Below, piece after piece: positions 49,190 through 61,867 of a stretch of DNA of 64,000 nucleotides. Position 1 is the stretch's first letter, and each line of letters begins with the position of its first letter. The position numbers and the translations under genes were made by a program. The notes beneath the pieces were generated by a model. It searched no databases. It was given only the letters and a program-made list of their open reading frames with translations, and was not told the origin of the DNA. This DNA is from Antedon mediterranea (lineage: Eukaryota > Animalia > Echinodermata). The DNA lies in assembly GCF_964355755.1 (NCBI RefSeq), contig NC_092672.1, positions 8,432,001-8,496,000 on the forward strand, in the 5' to 3' direction.

Positions 49190-49312
49190 ATTGATTGATT
49201 GATTGATTGATATTGATATTGATTGATATTGATATACTGATAGATTAATTGATTGAAATTGATTGATTGATAGCGATTGATATTGATTGATATTGATTGA
49301 TTTATATTGATG
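48954..49312. repeat. Compound (ATTG)n/(ATATTG)n microsatellite
   Basis: Direct reading. Confidence 0.9.
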
Positions 49313-52300
49313 TATGACTGGAATGTCATTTGTACGAATGTAAAAAAAAAGCATTTTAAAGAAAGATTATTTGATGCCAGATAAATTTGTCCGTAACCAT
49401 TATTTGACTTATAATAAGTTCACAATGTACTACTTTTACCACAAAAAGCTGAATTTAATGCCTGCAGATAAACAATGCAATGATATAATCAATGTTGTTT
49501 TAAAATTGTACAGATGTATTATATAATAATGCGTGTATATATACATTATACAATACACTATATTATATCACCTTATATGTGTATCTTTGGTACATTTTGT
49601 GTTATCGTGTTTGTAGTAATTAGATCAATTATATTTATGTGACTTAATAATTAATTTTAATATTACATTGGATGATGTCACAATAGATTTAAAGTATGGT
49701 TATTAATTATGCCTATTATAGAAATGGTTATATAATAATCAAACATTAAAGAAATATGCATCGATCGGTCGACGTATTCAAAGTTTGAATGGGCTTGGCT
49801 TATGAACTTGAATAATGCGATTCGAACGTATACGTATGACCACCCCCCACGGGGACTATCGCATCGTACCATACCGTTACACCACATATACATCGTACTT
49901 CACATTACACTAATACAACAAGTGATATTCAAAGCAATATCGATTTGTCGAAACATGGTTAAAATGTAATACAAGTCACGGTGTGTGATGTCATCACATA
50001 ATTTGATGACGTCATATATCTGATATAATTGGAAGTTAGTTGAGACATTTTAACTATGTACTTAGTATCATAGATTTCTTATTAATAAGTGTAGTATGTT
50101 AGAAAAGATTAATATCGATATTAAAATTTGATTTTAATCATTGTAATTTTTGTTTATATTAAACACATTTTTCATTTAAATCTCTACATGTTTTGCAGAA
50201 TATGTGGTGTAACTGTCCCTTTAATATGTTGGCCAAAATGATATTCGTTTCCTACTATGTACATACATCATCTTCTTTTATATATAAAAAACAGAGTTGA
50301 TGTGTGACGCCAATGTTGTGTGTATTGTTTATTCATTTCCCATTATATAAAAGGCCTACTGTTTCTTAAATTCTTAATTTACTTACACAGCCCCTTTAAA
50401 CCCAACAGCACTGGTAACATTAAGGTTGTATATAATAATTGAATGCAATGTTAAACAGGGTTGATGTGTATATTGTTTATTGTCTATATTTTATTTATCT
50501 ACAATATATAATATTTATATATTTATCAGATTGTATCATAAGAAATGTTATCAAGTATACAAATAGGTAAGATATTATTGATGACGTCACAACGTCGGGT
50601 ATTATAAAACTATACTTACTGTATATTCGCCGATAAATGTATAAATAAAATAATATAAGGGTTGGAGTAAATAGGGTTTTAGTGTTTACACAATGTCTCT
50701 CTGAAAGATATAATTTATTGATGGCTATATCAGGGAAATAAAGATATGTAAATATTACATTATAATACATTACATTGTTTGTTTTTGTACTGATAACAAA
50801 TATTCTCATCAGCTCCCAGCTGCTGACTCATCCTGCTAATCCACCGTGGCTAATCAGTGCCGAATCGCTCTGGGACGTTCAGGCTTAGAGGCCTACCCGG
50901 CTAAGTTGGTTTCATGGGCAAAGTTTATTGCTAACTTTGGTGGGTAGGGAATTAACTTACTCGGGTATATAACTAAAAGCCTGAACGGAAATGTACAGTT
51001 ATGTCTGAGATGACTGCTGTCTCAGGTTATGTGCTACGAAATCGAAGCCAACTAAAATGTGTAGTAGGCCTATTAGTTAGTAGTAAAAAGAACACACTGC
51101 CAAAAATGGCAGTTGAATGTTGTCAGGAAGTAACTGATAATTTGAACTAAAATTTAAAACCATAACATTTAACGCCACGTTGCTTATAGCCAGCCTGGGT
51201 GTCTTCTGTTGTATCGTATGATTTTGGTTGAAGATGCATCATATTTAGACAGGTTTTAAGTATTTGACATGCGGAATACTTCAAAGGGATAGTTTCTATG
51301 AGTAAGTGTTTCTTTGCTTTGATAGGTCATCAAGTCAAAGAAATAACGTCATTGGTTGACTGTTTGAATGTGACGTTGAATTTTAATTATTGTTTGATTT
51401 AATCCCGTACTTCATGTAGACCTACTATCATCTGTATACCAAAAAGCATTTCTTGCTATACTGTATATGACGATTCGCGTTGACATAATACCAGAACTAC
51501 GCATGTGTCGATGATCGTCGTGTGACGCCCAAAACGTGTCGAGCTGCGAGAATCGAGTGACGATGCATCCACTTTATCTTTGATGCGTGTCCTCGTATGC
51601 GCACAACGCAGTCTTAAGCCTCTTTTCCATTAGCAAATATATTTACGTGAATAAAAAAATCCAGAGTTATGATTGGTTGTGCTTTTTTCAACGTCATAGA
51701 AAATATTAATACGCATGCGCATTAGTGAACACTTTAGATTCGCGCGAATAATTTTGTGGAATAAAAAGGTTCTAGTCTGGTCGCCTCAAATCAAAAGCTC
51801 CTTTTAATACATTTCGGAAACCACTCTGAACTGATTGAAAAAAAAATGTTGAGGTTTTAGAGGTGCTTAATTAGCGATTTTGTAAATGAGGTATTAGGCA
51901 CTGCTTTACCCACTAAAATTGACCTTTAGCTCCCTGACGCAAAGCTATTTCGTAGCCTAATGTAATATAGAATATCTTAATCTTCATGCCATCTATTTTC
52001 GTATTTGTAGGCTGTAGAATTATATAATTGAACTTGCATGATAATAATACACTTTGTAGATCAAGCCATGTGTTATGTAAGTTGTCAAAGACCAAAATGT
52101 TTAATAATAGTTACTTCCACTTGAGTGAGGTGTTCAATATGGTACTAATAAAACAATTGATTTCTAAAGTGAGAAGTTCATGACATAGGGCATCACCACT
52201 TTCCCCCGTTGTGAATGGATCACAGTGGTCTAGTTTTTAATCCTTTGAAAGTTTAGCAGCAAACAAACTCTGAGATTGAAAAGTTTGCTATTTTAGACTT

Positions 52301-53994
52301 TGCAGAAGTTTGCACAAGTTAAAGCCTGTAGTCTACACAACTTTAGTTAAACTTGCCCCAAGTCTGTATTTATTGTCTTTTTTATGTAGTCCGCGTTTCG
52401 AGTGAATTTCGAGCTCAATCATTATACGTATGAAACGCCATGTGTGCCAAAATATTTATCTTTTTACAAATATTAAGTTGAAATTCAGTCTAGAACCTAT
52501 ACTAAACTTTAGTTTTTAATCGCGCAGTTTGCAAAAAGATTGATAAAGTTTCCTACATCGACTATAGTCTTTTGCAACTACAACCAGATCCACCTGATGT
52601 TAAATATGAAATCCGTCCGTAACATTCATTCCAACTACCACTTATCGTGGGAATCTTAGGCGACATTATTAATGTGTTTATGGAATGCGGAAACATTTAT
52701 AGGCTTAGTACCTATACTGTTCACAGTATTTAACACCTCTTTACCAAGAGCAATGTGGTTATTCTCAGTATGCCTAAAACGTTTGTTTTGAGTTTAAAAT
52801 ATTTGCCTGAAACCCAAATCCAACATAAACCACTTGTGGAATATAATGAGCCGGCACACAAAAGCCTAATTAACACAATTCGTGAGGACATGATTTGAAT
52901 ATATGTTGTAATTCAATAGTTTAGGCTGCCCATTTTGTAATTCAATCATAATGTTACATTATGTTACGTTCGATGAACTTCTCAACTGAACTGGTACTTT
53001 CATTACTTTATTACACTCAGTATTGTATGTATATATATAGTCTTTAACTTTTATCTGTCGCACTGTCAAAGAACTTTTGTAGATCTTTAGCGACCATTTG
53101 TGATAATTATTATCTTAATATATGTTATTGTCATATCTTAATTGTTCTTAAACGTTTGGACCTTTTGAACCTAACTGTCAAATACGGTACTATCATTTTA
53201 GTTGTACTTTGCTATTTCAAATACAGTGAGAAGGGCCTACAATATTGAAATGGATGCTTACATCAGACCTATTAGTATCAATGGGGCTGTGCTTCTGCTG
53301 ACACAAGCATTGTCTACACTATCAAACTAGTTTGAAAAAAAAGAAGTGTGATGTGCCAATTATAGTAGTGATATGACATCATCATGTCCATATTTGGGCA
53401 CATCACATTTTTTGTCACATAAAGTTTGATAGTGCAGACAATAATTTAGAATTCTATGGATTATAGAAATAATAATTGGTCAGCATTGTAATCTAAATTT
53501 TTATATTTCCAAACATAAAATTTTCGACGAAGCCCAGTGTGGAGCTCATATACTGTAGATCTAGCCTCATACAGTAGACCTGATCCATACATTTAATCAA
53601 ATATTTTGTCAAGTAAATGGATATAGAATGAACAAACTAGATTTTTTTCAAAATTAATGATAAGATACAGTTTAATACATAGCAGTAATTCTGAGACACG
53701 CTTGGAATTGCGGCTTTTTTGAGACACGCGTAAAACTAATTATTAACCGGATTGTCGTCTTTATTTCAAGAATTGACTTATTATCAAGGTTAACTTATTA
53801 TCTGTATAATAGAGAGTTACCGTAACTAGTACGTGGTATAACATGCTTTTCCTTTTAGCGGTCTATACCGTTATTTATCCTGTGCTTTTTTTTCTTTTTT
53901 TTTCTTTTCTACTTAGTACCAACTGGTAACATTGCGTCTCGTTTGGTTACATGCGTAGTAGTAATAAATTACAATTATTATCCTAAAAATATGG

Positions 53995-54879
53995 TTATTA
54001 CCTCCGCCCGAATGGCGAGATGTTGATGTGGTCGATCGCGTGTGATTGTGTGTGTTTGTTTTTTTCTATATTTGTTTGTTAGCAGGATTACTCAAAAAGT
54101 TATTTGCGCGATTTGTATAAGATGTTAAATGGATGGTTTCATAGTTGTATGGCAACACGTCATTTTCATATGTAGTAACCATATATATTAAGATTCATAT
54201 GCAAACAAATTGCAAAGAAGCAGATTTCAACGGAGTTGTGTAGGTATGGGTATACAGATATACTAAAAAAAAGTAAGGAAGGATAGGGAGTGGGGAAATT
54301 ATTTTTTGTAGGGGTGTTAAAGGGGGTGTTAAAGGTCCTTTTAAAATGCTAAAAATGGTATCTTCGAAACAAAATATAATATATGGCTTCCTTACTTTTT
54401 GTTGGTATATTTGTATACCTATACCTACACAAATCTGTCGACATGCACTTTATAATGTAATATTTGACTTGATTGTGTATTATATGTTTGTGTTAAACCC
54501 AAAAAATGGGTATATTGACCTTTGACCTGATTTTTGAAGGTCAATATAATTATGGACATAAGGGTCCAATTTAATTTTTTTTTCCTGACATAGTTGTGTG
54601 TATTTTGACACCAAGCTCAACCATATACCATTTTTTGTTCCGAAGATACTATTTTTAGCATTTTGAAAGGAGGTCAATGACCTTTAACACCCCCAAAAAA
54701 AATTTCCCAACCCCCTATCCTTCCTTACTTTTTTTGGTATATCTGTATACCCATACCTACACAAATCCGTTGAAATCAGCTTCTTTGCAATTTATTTGCA
54801 GATGTACCATTATTTTGGTTAATATAATGGTTACTAATGTATAGGCGGAGGTATGCGCTCTCTGAGAGCCCTTCTAGTT
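53995..54879 (+). mobile_element. Non-autonomous Helentron/HINE-like element
   Basis: 5' ttattacctccgcc, the subterminal inverted partner ggcggaggta at 54844, a 3' hairpin gctctctgagagc ending in ctagtt, and a short gt-rich tract near the 5' end. Confidence 0.7.
54173..54836. mobile_element. Academ-like non-autonomous element nested in the Helentron-like element
   Basis: atg|tagtaaccat ... atggttacta|atg, i.e. a 3-bp TSD with TAG termini, and ~150-170-bp imperfect inverted arms. Confidence 0.68.
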
Positions 54880-56519
54880 TATATCATTGGTCAGTCCGTA
54901 TGTTAGAATTCCAGTATTTTCTCTGTAGGCCTACGTTGACGTTTAACGTTAACGTCTACAAGATCTGATTAACTTTTATTTCTACTTAATAGCTTAAGTC
55001 GAGTCGAGTGGCGAAAGAGGAACAACGAAACATATTGGTTAAGTTGAACTAAGTATGTGGAGAGACAAACAAAATGCAACACAGAAAAACGAGGTGAGGT
55101 GAGAAATAGACATGATGAATTTGGAAAACATTGACCAAGATAGCCAGGCCTTCTGTGTCCCGGTGCGTAAAATAAGAGAAATTACATAATATTTCGCTGA
55201 AATATGATTTTACGGATATTTCACGATATGAGAAACCAATAGGCCTATAGTTCAAACGTTCAAGGGTCGTGAGAATTTGTAACACGGAACCAAAAATCAT
55301 CCGATGTTCCCAGGAGGTACCTGGTAGCACTGTTTGATGGCGTAGTATATTTAGATGTATGTGAAATCTTAAACTCATGCTGCTGAACTATTGTGTTGAA
55401 CAATTTTGCTTTTTCAGCTTTCATAAAAAAAAATGGACACAGATCTTTTTTTGAAAAAAATCATTAAATTGAAAAAAGAATTGATAAAAGAAATATTTTG
55501 TATAATAAATTCACGTTTCCGAATATAAATACAAATTTGTAAAATCGCATGGTTTAAATTCAGGAAAATTATGAAATATATAGAAAGGTATTGAAATATT
55601 ATTGAAAATTAACCTAGTGTAGGCCTATATTAAGTGAAGATGAAGTGAATTCTTCTCTGTTGTACCTGTATCGTTGACGTACTTAATGTTCGATTTTTGT
55701 TTATAGAGATCCGTGACGGGAACTTCACGTTAAACATTACAAACTCGAGTTAATTAAAATATTCACACCTTGGATTGCTTTCAAGTATTTCATTCGAATA
55801 CTATGTCAACAAAAAATGAAAGTGGAACTATCCTAACGTTGCCATCTGGGTCAAAACTCTACGAAATTTTGCGAAGTATGTATGGAACGACATAACCGCA
55901 CATATTGCGCATTTCAAGCACCCCTGCCGCGTCCCGTAAGCGATACTTTTCGGCGCTAAAGACGATGTATCGCGTTTCTGTTACACTTATTCAGCTTGCC
56001 AAAAAGACACATTGTAGCTGGGGTAGACGGTGACAGCGGCCAGGACAACCGCTGTGCTAGATTATTAACACACAAATTCGTGTCCGCTCCAGCGAGGACA
56101 CTCACCGATAGTATCGTACGATTTTTTACGCATATGTTATTGTTTTGATTTTAAAATTATGCGTCAAAGATGACTGCCAGTTCTTCCAATTGTATAGTAG
56201 ATTATGCCGTAACTGGGTATTTTATAGAACTATTACTAAATACTACAAATTTAACTTGTCTGGAGAGTTAAAAAGAATGAAGATTAGAAATACAAAAGAC
56301 GAACTGGAGAGTTAAAGAATGGACATTGAAAGAATAGAGGAACAATGCAGAGTAGAAATAATGAAATTTGGGAATAAAGAGAGGAAATGGAAAGTAAATG
56401 AATGGACATTTTAAAGAATAGAAGAAAAGAATTTGAAGAATGGAATCGAAACTTTTTTAATTTACATTGTTTTACTTACTAAGAATTCCATTCTTTTTTA
56501 ATTGTTTATTTAATTTTTG

Positions 56520-59500
56520 TACTGTCAATTCTTTACTCTTTGTTATTTTACTGTCCATTCTTTTACTCTTTATTATTTTACTGTCCATTCTTTTACTCTT
56601 TATTATTTTACTGTCCATTCTTTTACTCTTTATTATTTTACTGTCCATTTTTTACTCTTTATTATTTTACTGTCAATTCTTTTACTCTTTATTATTTTAC
56701 TGTCCATTCTTTTACTCTTTATTATTTTACTGTCCATTCTTTTACTCTTTATTATTTTACTGTCCATTCTTTACTCTTTATTATTTTACTGTCCATTAAT
56801 TTACTCTTTATTATTTTACTGTCCATTCTTTTACTCTTTATTATTTTACTGTCAATTCTTTACTCTTTATTATTTTACTGTCCATTCTTTTACTCTTTAT
56901 TATTTTACTGTCCATTCTTTTACTCTTTATTATTTTACTGTCCATTCTTTACTCTTTATTATTTTACTGTCCATTCTTTTACTCTTTATTATTTTACTGT
57001 CAATTCTTTTACTCTTTATTATTTTACTGTCCATTCTTTTACTCTTTATTATTTTACTGTCCATTCTTTTACTCTTTATTATTTTACTGTCCATTCTTTT
57101 ACTCTTTATTATTTTACTGTCCATTCTTTTACTCTTTATTATTTTACTGTCCATTCTTTTACTCTTTATTATTTTACTGTCCATTCTTTTACTCTTTATT
57201 ATTTTACTGTCCATTCTTTTACTCTTTATTATTTTACTGTCCATTCTTTTACTTTTTATTATTTTACTGTCCATTCTTTTACTCTTTATTATTTTACTGT
57301 CCATTCTTTTACTCTTTATTATTTTACTTTCCATTCTTTTACTCTTTATTATTTTACTGTCCATTCTTTTACTCTTTATTATTTTACTGTCCATTCTTTT
57401 ACTCTTTATTATTTTACTGTCCATTCTTTTACTTTTTATTATTTTACTGTCCATTCTTTTACTCTTTATTATTTTACTGTCCATTCTTTTACTCTTTATT
57501 ATTTTACTGTCCATTCTTTTACTCTTTATTATTTTACTGTCAATTCTTTTACTCTTTATTATTTTACTGTCAATTTCTTTACTCTTTATTATTTTATTGT
57601 CCATTCTTTTACTCTTTATTATTTTACTGTCCATTCTTTTACTCTTTATTATTTTACTGTCCATTCTTTTACTCTTTATTATTTTACTGTCCATTCTTTT
57701 ACTCTTTATTATTTTACTGTCCATTCTTTACTCTTTATTATTTGACTGTCCATTCTTTACTCTTTATTATTTTACTGTCCATTCTTTTACTCTTTATTAT
57801 TTTACTGTCCATTCTTTTACTCTTTATTATTTTACTGTCAATTCTTTTACTCTTTATTATTTTACTGTCCATTCTTTACTCTTTATTATTTTACTGTCCA
57901 TTCTTTTACTCTTTATTATTTTACTGTCCATTCTTTTACTCTTTATTATTTTACTTTCCATTCTTTTACTCTTTATTATTTTACTGTCCATTCTTTTACT
58001 CTTTATTATTTTACTGTCCATTCTTTTACTCTTTATTATTTTACTGTCAATTCTTTACTCTTTATTATTTTACTGTCCATTCTTTACTCTTTATTATTTT
58101 ACTGTCCATTCTTTTACTCTTTATTATTTTACTGTCGATTCTTTTACTCTTTATTATTTTACTGTCAATTTCTTTACTCTTTTACTGTCAATTTCTTTAC
58201 TCTTTATTATTTTACTGTCCATTCTTTTACTCTTTATTATTTTACTGTCCATTCTTTACTCTTTATTATTTTACTGTCCATTCTTTTACTCTTTATTATT
58301 TTACTTTCCATTCTTTTACTCTTTATTATTTTACTGTCCATTCTTTTACTCTTTATTATTTTACTGTCCATTCTTTACTCTTTATTATTTTACTGTCCAT
58401 TCTTTTACTCTTTATTATTTTACTTTCCATTCTTTTACTCTTTATTATTTTACTGTCCATTCTTTTACTCTTTATTATTTTACTGTCCATTCTTTTACTC
58501 TTTATTATTTTACTGTCCATTCTTTTACTCTTTATTATTTTACTGTCCATTCTTTTACTCTTTATTATTTTACTGTCCATTCTTTTACTCTTTATTATTT
58601 TACTGTCAATTCTTTTACTCTTTATTATTTTACTGTCAATTTCTTTACTCTTTATTATTTTACTGTCCATTCTTTTACTCTTTATTATTTTACTGTCCAT
58701 TCTTTTACTCTTTATTATTTTACTGTCCATTCTTTTACTCTTTATTATTTTACTGTCCATTCTTTTACTCTTTATTATTTTACTGTCCATTCTTTACTCT
58801 TTATTATTTGACTGTCCATTCTTTACTCTTTATTATTTTACTGTCCATTCTTTTACTCTTTATTATTTTACTGTCCATTCTTTTACTCTTTATTATTTTA
58901 CTGTCCATTCTTTTACTCTTTATTATTTTACTGTCCATTCTTTTACTCTTTATTATTTTACTGTCAATTCTTTTACTCTTTATTATTTTACTGTCCATTC
59001 TTTACTCTTTATTATTTTACTGTCCATTCTTTTACTCTTTATTATTTTACTGTCCATTCTTTTACTCTTTATTATTTTACTGTCAATTCTTTTACTCTTT
59101 ATTATTTTACTGTCCATTCTTTACTCTTTATTATTTTACTGTCCATTCTTTTACTCTTTATTATTTTACTGTCCATTCTTTTACTCTTTATTATTTTACT
59201 TTCCATTCTTTTACTCTTTATTATTTTACTGTCCATTCTTTTACTCTTTATTATTTTACTGTCCATTCTTTTACTCTTTATTATTTTACTGTCAATTTCT
59301 TTACTCTTTTACTGTCAATTTCTTTACTCTTTATTATTTTACTGTCCATTCTTTTACTCTTTATTATTTTACTGTCCATTCTTTACTCTTTATTATCTTA
59401 CTGTCCATTCTTTTACTCTTTATTATTTTACTTTCCATTCTTTTACTCTTTATTATTTTACTGTCCATTCTTTTACTCTTTATTATTTTACTGTCCATTC

Positions 59501-59865
59501 TTTACTCTTTATTATTTTACTGTCCATTCTTTTACTCTTTATTATTTTACTTTCCATTCTTTTACTCTTTATTATTTTACTGTCCATTCTTTTACTCTTT
59601 ATTATTTTACTGTCCATTCTTTTACTCTTTATTATTTTACTGTCCATTCTTTTACTCTTTATTATTTTACTGTCCATTCTTTTACTCTTTATTATTTTAC
59701 TGTCCATTCTTTTACTCTTTATTATTTTACTGTCCATTCTTTTACTCTTTATTATTTTACTGTCAATTCTTTTACTCTTTATTATTTTACTGTCAATTTC
59801 TTTACTCTTTATTATTTTACTATCAATTCTTTACTCTTTATTATTTTACTGTCCATTTCTTTACT
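56520..59865. repeat. 30-bp satellite (tttactgtccattcttttactctttattat), ~110 copies, 3.3 kb
   Basis: Direct reading; 29-bp deletion variants shift the frame and generate the spurious long ORFs. Confidence 0.97.
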
Positions 59866-61754
59866 CTTTACTCTCATTTTATTATGCTTTTCTTTATTTC
59901 ACTCTTCCTTCTTTTTCTCTTCCCATTCTTTTACTTTCATTATTTTACTGTCCATTCTTTTACTTTTTATTGTTTACTTTCCATTCATTTTACTCATTAT
60001 TATTTTACTTCTCTTTATTTCACTCTTCTCTTTTTCTCTTCCCATTCTTTTACTTTTATTATTTTTCTTTCTATTCTTTTTCTTTCTATCTATTTATTTT
60101 TCTTCTTCTATTCTTTTTCTCTTCGGTATTTAATCTGTTACATGCATTCCCTTCTCTTCCACTACTTGTTTTTAAATATTTTTTTTCACAATGCGTCATT
60201 TTGTCTTAATTTTATTTTCGTTTACTCTTGCTAACTTCCTTTTTCTTCTTGTGTTTCATATTGCAATTTATCTGTGTATAGGAATTTAAGTAAAGTTGTT
60301 TTCAATAGAAATGTATAGTTTTAAGTGGAATTCTTTAAAATCTGTAAGTGTTACATTTAGTCACGTTCCATTTTCTTTGTTAGAAAAATTCATCAAACAA
60401 AAGAAACCATGATTTCTTGGTTTAGATTATAAGCCACGTGTTATAATGGAAGGTTGGAGTGTCACGTTAGATTTCTGGACAGCAGGGAACTATGTTGGGT
60501 GCAGAATAAGTGTAACATTCATTTCAATTTAGTAGTAATAACGTCTCTTTAAATCCCTCCGTTGCGTGTTTTTTAGTGTTTTTTAAACGAAAAGTATAGT
60601 TATTTTTGGCAGAATAGGATTCTGGTTTGAGACAAGCTTCTGTTGTAACGATGGTGGGAGAATGGTGTTTAGTTTGATGCTTACTACTTCAATACTACTT
60701 CAACAGATGGAGAATGGTGTCATGTGAGGACGAAAGGAGGATGTATGCGACAACGCACGTGATGACCAGCCACTTAAATTAACAGTTTGATGATCCATCG
60801 CTTATTTGAGAGATGTAGGCCTATGCCTATCGATTTGCTTCTGAATTAAAGTTATTATGCTAGCCTTCAATTTTCATAAAGCGTAAGTAATGTTTATGTT
60901 GTGTTGCTCATAAATCCAGAGTAATTTTACACACGACAACAATTTGTAAAATTGACTACAGTTTTGGCCTGTTGCCAAACCTAATACATCTTAATCAGTC
61001 TCCAGCGCTGTTTCCTTTCATTATTTTCAGATAAAATTGGTTTCACTAATTGGTACTCCTCTGTTAAACAAAAGCCGATGCAATTTACAAAGATAAGTTG
61101 TGTTTCGCCTCAGTAGGATATTAATGTAGATACATAGGCCTACAGCATGTTAATTTAAAGCTGCAGTTTCACTCCTGACTATAAAACATCACCAAATAAA
61201 AATCATTTTTTCAGGTTGGAGAAGTGACAGTGCCACTTTAAGTCATCAATTAATGTTGAATACGTCACGTTGATCTTGTGGAAATTGCTTGAATATTTCT
61301 GACATCTTTTTGGAGGTGTGTGGTAGGTGTGACGTGGGTTCGTCTTGGTCACATGATTAAACTGCATAACTTATTAATGAGCAGACGACAACTTGTGACA
61401 CACTTTCATTTAGAATTTAATTCGATAAAAAATTGTGGGATAGATTAAGGGATAGAAATGTTTGCGTATATCAGGGTCAAACATCTATTTCCATTAGATG
61501 AATAGTAAATTTACTTTCATAAGTGATAGGATATTTATTAAGTTTGTATAATAACTAAACTCTGTTTACACTATCAAACTAGTTTGACAAAAAAAATATG
61601 TTGGCCCAAATATAGTAGTGATGTGATATATCATAATGTATTTTTTTTTTTTAAACCATATTTAATGAGGGTGATCCATCCAGCATTTAGGGACCCTCAG
61701 AGGTTCACAAGACAAACATATACAAAAGATGCTTGACATTAAAACAAAGTCTTA

Positions 61755-61867
61755 TTACAAGTCTTTAGGAGTGGAGTTAGAAAATATCCTGACATGTGAC
61801 GGGACTTGAACCCAGGACCCTTGAAGTGGTAGCCAAGCATCATAACCACCAATCCACAATTCCGCTA
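61755..61867 (-). mobile_element. tRNA-derived SINE remnant
   Basis: On the minus strand there is an A-box-like tggtggttatgatgc and a B-box ggttcaagtccc, but no intact cloverleaf. A related copy is at ~20945-21033 (ggagtggagt...ttgaaccc...cataaccacca). Confidence 0.55.

Noticed and set aside
48773-49354. 193-aa and 134-aa SINQ-repeat ORFs
   Set aside because: They are translations of the (ATTG)n microsatellite.
55840-56120. GC-richer patch that might be an exon or transposase remnant
   Set aside because: I found no sustained open frame, recognisable motif or matching splice pair.
56467-60234. Very long ORFs (up to 830 aa; LLFIILLSI / MDSKIIKSKR repeats)
   Set aside because: These are translations of a stop-free 30-bp satellite, open in several frames and on both strands, with no gene structure.
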